Source: Rhodospirillaceae bacterium
GTDB lineage: Bacteria > Pseudomonadota > Alphaproteobacteria > Bin65
Assembly: GCA_009840595.1 (NCBI GenBank)
Contig: VXNK01000005.1
Location: 18,467-82,466 of the forward strand
Length of the DNA stretch: 64,000 nucleotides
Direction: 5' to 3'
The position numbers were made by a program, and so were the translations under genes. Position 1 is the stretch's first letter. The number at the start of each line of letters is the position of its first letter. Positions 58,168-64,000 of the stretch are shown here, in pieces. Under the pieces are notes generated by a model that searched no databases, was not told the origin of the DNA, and saw only the letters and a list, made by a program, of their open reading frames with translations.

Positions 58168-59142
58168 CTAGTCCGCCAGTTCCGCCTGCAGCGCCGCATC
58201 TTCCTCGGCGCGCTTCTTCTCGATCATCCGGGCAAGGAAGATGGAGACTTCGTAGAGCAGCAGGATCGGGATCGCGAGGCCGATCTGGCTGATAACGTCC
58301 GGCGGCGTCAGGATTGCGGCAAAGACAAAGACCAGAACGACGGCGTATTTCCGGAACCGCGCCAGGCCCCTGGAAGTTACGAGATCGACCTTGGCCAGCA
58401 GCGTCAGCACCACAGGCAGCTGGAACGCGATGCCGAAAGCGAAAATCAGCTTGATGACGAGAGAGAGATATTCCTCGACCTTGGGCAGCAATTCGATCCG
58501 CGCGCCGGTCTCGCCGGTGTTCTGGAACGCCGCGAAGAATTCCCAGGCCAGCGGCATGATCGCGTAGTAGACCATCGCCCCGCCGGCGAAGAACAGGACC
58601 GGCGTGGCGATCAGGAACGGCCGGAACGCGGACTTCTCCTTGGTGTACAGGCCCGGCGCCACGAATTTCCACAACTGGACGGCGAAGATCGGGAAGGCGA
58701 GGAAGGCCGCCGCGTAGAAGCCGATCTTGATCTCCGTGAAAAACACCTCGTACAGCTTGGTGTAGATCAGCGTGGCGTCCTCGTTCCGGGCGCGCAGGAT
58801 GTCCATCAGCGGCCGGGACAGGAAATCGAAGATATTCTCGGCGAAGTAGACGCAAACGCCGAATGCGGCCAGCAGGGCCACGACGCACCACATGAGCCGG
58901 CGGCGGAGCTCCGTGAGATGCTCCATCATCGTCATGCGATTCTGGTCGGGATCGTCTTTCGCCGGCGGATCGCCGCCCGGCGCTTCGACCTGTTCTCCGG
59001 TCGGCCCGCCGTCTTCCCCGGCCGGCCCGTCGTCCGCGTTTTCCGGCGCTGCCTCCGGTGTCTCCTCCCGTGTCTCCTCGGGTGTCTCCTCGGGGGCGTC
59101 CGGTTGGGCCTTCTTCTTCCCGGCTTCCGGGTCGTCGGTCAT
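58168..59142 (-). CDS. tatC: Twin-arginine translocase TatC with acidic N-terminal extension
   Basis: EHLTELRRRL, WKFVAPGLY, FGIAFQLP, LTPPDVISQ; ATG overlaps tatB stop. Confidence 0.97.
   Translation of the reverse strand: MTDDPEAGKKKAQPDAPEETPEETREETPEAAPENADDGPAGEDGGPTGEQVEAPGGDPPAKDDPDQNRMTMMEHLTELRRRLMWCVVALLAAFGVCVYFAENIFDFLSRPLMDILRARNEDATLIYTKLYEVFFTEIKIGFYAAAFLAFPIFAVQLWKFVAPGLYTKEKSAFRPFLIATPVLFFAGGAMVYYAIMPLAWEFFAAFQNTGETGARIELLPKVEEYLSLVIKLIFAFGIAFQLPVVLTLLAKVDLVTSRGLARFRKYAVVLVFVFAAILTPPDVISQIGLAIPILLLYEVSIFLARMIEKKRAEEDAALQAELAD
59058..59093. repeat. 12-bp in-frame triplication in tatC 5' extension (PEET/REET)
   Basis: GTGTCTCCTCCC/GTGTCTCCTCGG/GTGTCTCCTCGG. Confidence 0.9.
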
Positions 59143-59606
59143 CGGGTGCGGACCTTGCGCTTGACCGGCCCGTCGCGGCCGGAGCGGCGGCTGCTGAAGC
59201 GCGGCCGCGACCTGGCCGGCGCCTTGCGGTGCTTCGGCCATTTGTCCGCAGCATCGCCCGGGGAGACGTTGCGCCAGGCCGGAATCGGCTTCCAGTAGGA
59301 ACTGTAGTCGGGGCTGTCGGAATCGTCGTCCACGCCGGCATAGTCGAAATCGCCCGCCATATTCTCGATGGCGTTCATTTCCTCGCTCGCAGCGTTGGCG
59401 ACCTTGTCGATATCCTGCTGGAGTTTGTCCAGATCGGCTTCGCGGGCGAGGTCGTCCAGGCCGGAGCGGAATTCGCCGGACAGCGCCTTGAGCCGGCCGA
59501 TGCCCTCGGTGACGCCCTTGACGACCTTCGGCATGTCTTTCGGGCCGACGATCATCAACGTGATCACGGCGATCATCGCCATTTCCATCCAGCCGAGATC
59601 GAACAT
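59139..59606 (-). CDS. tatB: TatB
   Basis: MFDLGWMEM..IVGPKDMP. Confidence 0.93.
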   Translation of the reverse strand: MFDLGWMEMAMIAVITLMIVGPKDMPKVVKGVTEGIGRLKALSGEFRSGLDDLAREADLDKLQQDIDKVANAASEEMNAIENMAGDFDYAGVDDDSDSPDYSSYWKPIPAWRNVSPGDAADKWPKHRKAPARSRPRFSSRRSGRDGPVKRKVRTR

Positions 59607-59662
59607 CGCCCTACAACTGCGGCCCGCGCTTTCCGACCTCCGGCCCCGGCAGGAGTCCCGGA

Positions 59663-59698
59663 GCGATCTCCCTTGCGATCCCCGGTACGATCCCCGGT
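59663..59698. repeat. 12-bp triplication between tatA and tatB
   Basis: GCGATCTCCCTT/GCGATCCCCGGT/ACGATCCCCGGT. Confidence 0.85.
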
Positions 59699-59708
59699 AC
59701 GGCCGCGG

Positions 59709-59942
59709 TCAGGCTTTCTCGACCTCGTCGACCTTCGCGCCGGCGGTCTGGCCGCCCTTGCCGTCGATCACCTTGGCATCGTCGCCGCCGGCGGCGGCGG
59801 ATTCGGCATCGGCCTTCAGGCCCTTGCGAAACTGCGTGATGCCGCTGCCCAGGTCACGCATCAGGCCGGGAATTTTCCGGCCGCCGAACAGCAGGAGGAT
59901 GACAGCGACAATGATCAGGATTTGCCAGATGCTCAGGCCCAT
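59709..59942 (-). CDS. tatA: TatA
   Basis: MGLSIWQILII..LLFGGRKIP.LM.DLG.GI..FRKGL. Confidence 0.96.
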   Translation of the reverse strand: MGLSIWQILIIVAVILLLFGGRKIPGLMRDLGSGITQFRKGLKADAESAAAGGDDAKVIDGKGGQTAGAKVDEVEKA

Positions 59943-59953
59943 TCCACCTCTCC

Positions 59954-60000
59954 CCTGTCCGAATCCTGTTTCCGGATCCTGTTTCGGGTCCCTTTCCGGC
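59954..60000. repeat. Degenerate ~12-bp quadruplication upstream of tatA
   Basis: CCTGTCCGAAT/CCTGTTTCCGGAT/CCTGTTTCGGGT/CCCTTTCCGGC. Confidence 0.7.
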
Positions 60001-60071
60001 GGACCGGCCGGCATTCGCACGGTTCGGTCCGGCCGGCCGATGCGCCGTCCCGGCGCGGTTCGTTGCCCGGT

Positions 60072-61139
60072 CTATTTAGCGTTTGCCGATGGAAAAACAA
60101 ACACATGCGCCGGGTCTAGCGTCACCGCGACGCAATCGCCCTCGTGCGGCGCGCGGGCGGCCGGCGCACGGGCATACAGGGTTTCGCCGGGCCGGCCGGT
60201 AGTTTCCAGCGCAATGAGCGCATCGCCGCCGATCGGCCGGCTGCGCAAAACGCGGGCCCGCACCGCCCCGTCGCCGGCGAAGCCGACCCCTTCGTAGCGC
60301 ACGAGAATCTGGACTGCCGCGCCCGCCGGCAGGTCTCCGGCATCGACCGGTCCCCAGCCCGTGTCGATCGCGCCCGCGCCGCCCACCGTTCCGCTCAACC
60401 GGTTGGTATCGCTCAGGAAATTGGCGACGAACGGGCTTTCCGGGCGGCCGTACACAGCGCCGGGCGGGCCGAACTGCATCAGCCTGCCGTCGCGCATGAC
60501 ACCGATCCGGTCGGCGACATACATGGCCTCTTCCGGATCGTGGGTCACCACGACCGCCGTCGTCCCGGTCTCGCGCAGGACGGTGAGCAGCGTATCGGCC
60601 AGGCCGTGCCGCAGCCGCGCATCGAGGCCCGACAGCGGCTCGTCCAGCAACAGCATGCCCGGCGACGGCGCCAGGGCCCGGGCGAGCGCGATGCGCTGCT
60701 GCTGGCCGCCCGACAGGGTATGGGGGTAAGCGTCGGCGAGAGCCGATACGCCGACGCGCTCCAGCACCTCGCCGACCCGATTGCGCCGTTCGGCGGCGCC
60801 CAGGTGCTGCAGGCCGAAGCCGATATTGTCGGCCGCGCTGAGATGCGGAAACAGCGCGTAATCCTGGAACAGGAAACCGACATTGCGCTGTTCGGGCGGC
60901 AAATCGGGGCCCGGTGCGGCGCCGACCGTCCGGCCCCCGATGGCGATCCGGCCGTGCTGGATGGCCTCGAGACCGGCGACGAGCCTCAACAGGGTGGACT
61001 TGCCACAGCCCGATGGCCCGAGCAGCGCGAGGATCTGACCGGCGCCGATAGCCAGGGAAACGTCCTCCAGCGCGGTAACCCGGTCGAAGCGGTGGGTCAG
61101 CGCGTCGATGGCCAGGTCGGGGCCGGCCGGCGCCGCTAT
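60072..61139 (-). CDS. fbpC: Fe3+ ABC transporter ATPase
   Basis: GPSGCGKS, FQDYALFPHL, LSGGQQQR, VTHDPEEA; no ATG/GTG/TTG between the fbpB end and Walker A, so start inferred as ATA. Confidence 0.85.
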   Translation of the reverse strand: MAAPAGPDLAIDALTHRFDRVTALEDVSLAIGAGQILALLGPSGCGKSTLLRLVAGLEAIQHGRIAIGGRTVGAAPGPDLPPEQRNVGFLFQDYALFPHLSAADNIGFGLQHLGAAERRNRVGEVLERVGVSALADAYPHTLSGGQQQRIALARALAPSPGMLLLDEPLSGLDARLRHGLADTLLTVLRETGTTAVVVTHDPEEAMYVADRIGVMRDGRLMQFGPPGAVYGRPESPFVANFLSDTNRLSGTVGGAGAIDTGWGPVDAGDLPAGAAVQILVRYEGVGFAGDGAVRARVLRSRPIGGDALIALETTGRPGETLYARAPAARAPHEGDCVAVTLDPAHVFVFPSANAK

Positions 61140-62872
61140 GACCGCCGCGCCGCGATCGGGGCGATCTTCTCGGCCTCGCGCGGCTCGCTGCTGCGCCGCA
61201 TGGCGCGGGACAACAGGATTACCGGAAGGACTCCGGCGAGCACGATCGCGAGCGCGGAAGGCGCCGCCTCGACGAGTTGTTCGTCGGTGGCGAATTCGTA
61301 GGTCCGCAGCGCCAGCGTATCGATGCCGAACGGCCGCAACAGCAGCGTCGCCGGCAGTTCTTTCAGAACGTCGACGAAGATCAGGAGCCCGGCGGCGGCG
61401 ATACTGGGCCGGAGCATCGGCGCGTGAATGCGCCGGACGACGCCCGTCGCGCTGGCGCCCAGAGTCCGCGCGGCATCGTCCATGTGCCCGGTGACGCGGC
61501 TCAGGCCGCTGTCGATAGCGCCGTAGGAGATCGCCAGGAAGCGCACGGCATAAGCGAACAGAAGCGCGAACACGGTGCCGCTGAAGATCAGGCCGGGCGA
61601 CAGGCCGAAGACGTCCGCGCCGAGCGAGTTTATCCATTCGTCCAGGGCGGCGAAGGGGATGACGATGCCGACGGCGAGAACGGCGCCCGGCACCGCGTAG
61701 CCGAGCGCCGCCAGGCGCGTCAGCCCCCGAAACAGGCGGCTGGCCGAGCGCCGGGCGGCGTAGGCGAGGAACACAGCGGCCGCAACGGTGATCAGCGCCG
61801 CCGAGCCGGCCAGCCCGACGCTGGTGAAGGCAAGACGGACGAAGTCCGAATCGACGACCTCGGCGGCGGACAGCCATGTCCACCAGGCCAGCGCGGCTGC
61901 CGGCGCCGCAAATCCGAAAATCACCGGCGTCGCGCAGAATGCGACGGCGAGGGCGGCGCGCCAGCCGGTCAGCCGCCAGCCCGGCAGGGGCCGGTAGCGG
62001 ATCGACAGATTGTGGAACGCGGCGCGCCCGCGCGACCGGCGTTCCAGCACTAGGATCGCGAACACGAAGATCAGGAAGACCGACGCCAGCTTGGCCGCCG
62101 CGGCCGGGCTGCCGTCCGCCAGCCAGACCCGGAAGATGCCGGTCGTGAACGTATCGACGCCGAAATGCTGCATCGCGCCGAATTCGTTCAGCGCCTCCAG
62201 CAGCGCCAGCGCCATGCCGGCGACGATGGACGGCCGAGCCAGCGGCAGCGCGACCCGCCACATCGCCTGCGCCGGCGTACAGCCCAGCGTGCGGCTGACT
62301 TCCAGCGAGCAGATGGATTGTTCGAGAAAGGCCGACCGGCTGAGCAGATAGACATAGGGATACAGCACCAGGCTCAGCATCGCGATCGCGCCGGGCAGCG
62401 AGCGGATGTTCGGCGCCGGATAGTCGGCGCCCGTCCAGCCGAACAGGTCGCGCAGCCCGGTCTGGACCGGGCCGGCAAAATCGAGCAGGCCGGTATAGGT
62501 GTAGGCGATGACATAGGCCGGCATGGCAAAGGGCAGCAGGAGCGCCCAGGAAAAGAAGCGCCGGCCCGGAAAGCGGCACAGGCTGACCAGCCAGGCGGTG
62601 CCGACGCCGCCGATCAGCGTCAGCGCGCCGACGCCGGCGATCAGCCACAGCGTGTTGGCCACATAACGCGGCAGGACGGTCGACGCCAGATGCGCCCACA
62701 GATCGCCCGTCGGGACGAACAGATGCGCCAGCACCGTGGCGATCGGCAGGAGTACGGCGCCGAGAACGGCCGCCAGCCCCAGGCCCCAGACGGCATCTGC
62801 CGGGCGGCGGAATGGCAGGATTCCGGCCCGGGGCAAGGCAAACGGCGCGGCAACGGGCGAAGCGTCGGGCAC
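61136..62872 (-). CDS. fbpB: Fe3+ ABC transporter permease
   Basis: AMPAYVIAY.Y, LYPYVYL, KELPATLLLRPF..DTLA; about 12 TM. Confidence 0.92.
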   Translation of the reverse strand: MPDASPVAAPFALPRAGILPFRRPADAVWGLGLAAVLGAVLLPIATVLAHLFVPTGDLWAHLASTVLPRYVANTLWLIAGVGALTLIGGVGTAWLVSLCRFPGRRFFSWALLLPFAMPAYVIAYTYTGLLDFAGPVQTGLRDLFGWTGADYPAPNIRSLPGAIAMLSLVLYPYVYLLSRSAFLEQSICSLEVSRTLGCTPAQAMWRVALPLARPSIVAGMALALLEALNEFGAMQHFGVDTFTTGIFRVWLADGSPAAAAKLASVFLIFVFAILVLERRSRGRAAFHNLSIRYRPLPGWRLTGWRAALAVAFCATPVIFGFAAPAAALAWWTWLSAAEVVDSDFVRLAFTSVGLAGSAALITVAAAVFLAYAARRSASRLFRGLTRLAALGYAVPGAVLAVGIVIPFAALDEWINSLGADVFGLSPGLIFSGTVFALLFAYAVRFLAISYGAIDSGLSRVTGHMDDAARTLGASATGVVRRIHAPMLRPSIAAAGLLIFVDVLKELPATLLLRPFGIDTLALRTYEFATDEQLVEAAPSALAIVLAGVLPVILLSRAMRRSSEPREAEKIAPIAARRS

Positions 62873-62918
62873 GAGTCGATCCCTGCGGTCAAGCGATAGC
62901 GTGCGCCCTTAACATCGT

Positions 62919-62933
62919 TGCAAATGATTTGCA
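62919..62933. promoter_or_regulatory. Fur-type 7-1-7 iron box
   Basis: Perfect TGCAAAT-G-ATTTGCA ~47 bp upstream of fbpB; overlapping TTGCA repeat to 62941. Confidence 0.7.
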
Positions 62934-62963
62934 GTTGCAATGTGCCGCAGGATCGCGGGCGGC

Positions 62964-63686
62964 TCAACCGGGATCGGCGCCTGCTTCGGCCGGTTCCTCG
63001 TCTTCTTCGGCCGATTCCGGTTCTCCGGCATCGACCGCCGCATCGCCATCCGCCGCGCTCCGGAACGCCTCTATCGCCGGACGCTTGTCGAGCAGGCCCG
63101 AAGCCTTGAGGTCAGCGACGCCCGGAAGGTCGCCGACATTCTCCAGGCCGAAATGGTCGAGGAACGCCTGGGTGGTGATCCAGGTCAGCGGACGGCCCGG
63201 CGTCTGGCGGCGGCGGCCCGGCTTGATCCAGCCGGCTTCCAACAGCAGGTCGAGGGTGCCGCGGCTTTGCCCGACGCCGCGGATTTCTTCGATTTCGGCG
63301 CGGGTCGCGGGCTGATGATAGGCGATGACCGCCAGCGTCTCGACCGCTGCGCGGGACAGTTTCCGCACGGACGATCGTTCGATCTTGAGGGCGTCGCCCA
63401 GGTCGGGCGCGGTGCGGAACGCCCAGCCATCGCCCGCCCTGTACAGCTCGACGCCCCGGTTCTCGTACAGACCGCGCAGGATTTTCAGCGCCGGGTCGAG
63501 CTGTCCCGGGTCGGGCAGCCGGTGCGCCAGATCGGCTTCGCTGACCGGCTCGGCGGCAGCGAACAGCACGGCCTCGATCAGGCGCACGACCCGGCTGTCG
63601 GCTGCTACCACCGGCTCGCCGCCCGCCGTCCCGGCAGTCTCCTGCGGCGCGCCGCCGGAGCGTTCGGGCACTTCCGCGCCATTCAT
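62964..63686 (-). CDS. scpB: SMC-Scp complex subunit ScpB
   Basis: IEAVLFAA, AVETLAVIAYHQPATRAEIEEIRGV, PGRPLTW.TT..FLDHFGL. Confidence 0.96.
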   Translation of the reverse strand: MNGAEVPERSGGAPQETAGTAGGEPVVAADSRVVRLIEAVLFAAAEPVSEADLAHRLPDPGQLDPALKILRGLYENRGVELYRAGDGWAFRTAPDLGDALKIERSSVRKLSRAAVETLAVIAYHQPATRAEIEEIRGVGQSRGTLDLLLEAGWIKPGRRRQTPGRPLTWITTQAFLDHFGLENVGDLPGVADLKASGLLDKRPAIEAFRSAADGDAAVDAGEPESAEEDEEPAEAGADPG

Positions 63687-64000
63687 CTTGTGCGTCCGTC
63701 GCGCAGCAGGACCGGCCCGAACGGGCGGTCCTGCCGGATCTCCACGTTGCCCGACCGCGCCATTTCCAGACTGGCGACCAGCGTCGAGGCGACGGCGGAG
63801 CGCACGGTCAGGCCATCGCGCAATTCGGGCGGGAGAAAAGTTACCAGGTCCGTCCAGTCGGGCAGGTTCCCCAGCAGCGCCTTCAACCGTTCGCGCGCTT
63901 CCTCGATCGACATCAGCTCCGCCGGTTCGACAATGCGCAACACCGAACCGTCGGCCCGCTGGCGGTTCCGGGCATAGGCGCTGAGCAGATCGAACAGCGA
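63683..64000 (-). CDS. scpA: ScpA, C-terminal part (runs off window)
   Basis: SLFDLLSAY, ASTLVASLEMARSG.VEIRQ..PFGP; upstream of scpB. Confidence 0.92.
   Translation of the reverse strand, partial: SLFDLLSAYARNRQRADGSVLRIVEPAELMSIEEARERLKALLGNLPDWTDLVTFLPPELRDGLTVRSAVASTLVASLEMARSGNVEIRQDRPFGPVLLRDGRTR

Noticed and set aside
60072-62699. 875-aa ORF suggesting a permease-ATPase fusion
   Set aside because: The N-terminal part is an off-frame reading of fbpB, which has its own stop at 61136

Overview
High-GC chromosomal segment of an alphaproteobacterium. The taxon is inferred from gene orders such as rnd-kdsD-lptCAB-rpoN-hpf-ptsN, tatABC-serS-surE-pcm and lgt-MidA-pgeF, and from a GTTC-N7-GTTC SOS box. 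About 70 mostly housekeeping or transport CDSs plus tRNA-Leu(CAG), a higBA toxin-antitoxin pair, Mo (mod), W (tup) and Fe3+ ABC systems, and a RidA/WYL/ComA-like group. I saw no integrase, transposase, phage or cas genes. The most unusual material is non-coding. (1) Two intergenic islands (~8.15-9.22 kb and ~45.6-46.25 kb) are diverged copies of one composite element: CGTC-type REP hairpins, phased CATGACA arrays, a conserved palindrome followed by T7, and a colinear 200-300 bp block. One copy sits behind a promoter with a LexA box but has no clear protein gene. (2) Short 11-12 bp tandem triplications recur across the window, including in-frame in lgt and tatC and a 4x TTGACA array before the tRNA. 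(3) Tandem NrdR-like boxes lie in front of a ybjN-family gene. (4) There is a 22-aa all-GC3 hydrophobic sORF. (5) Several usual operon partners (pheT, secF, nlpD, fbpA) are missing from their normal positions. All annotation is by eye from sequence and remembered family motifs; no searches were run.
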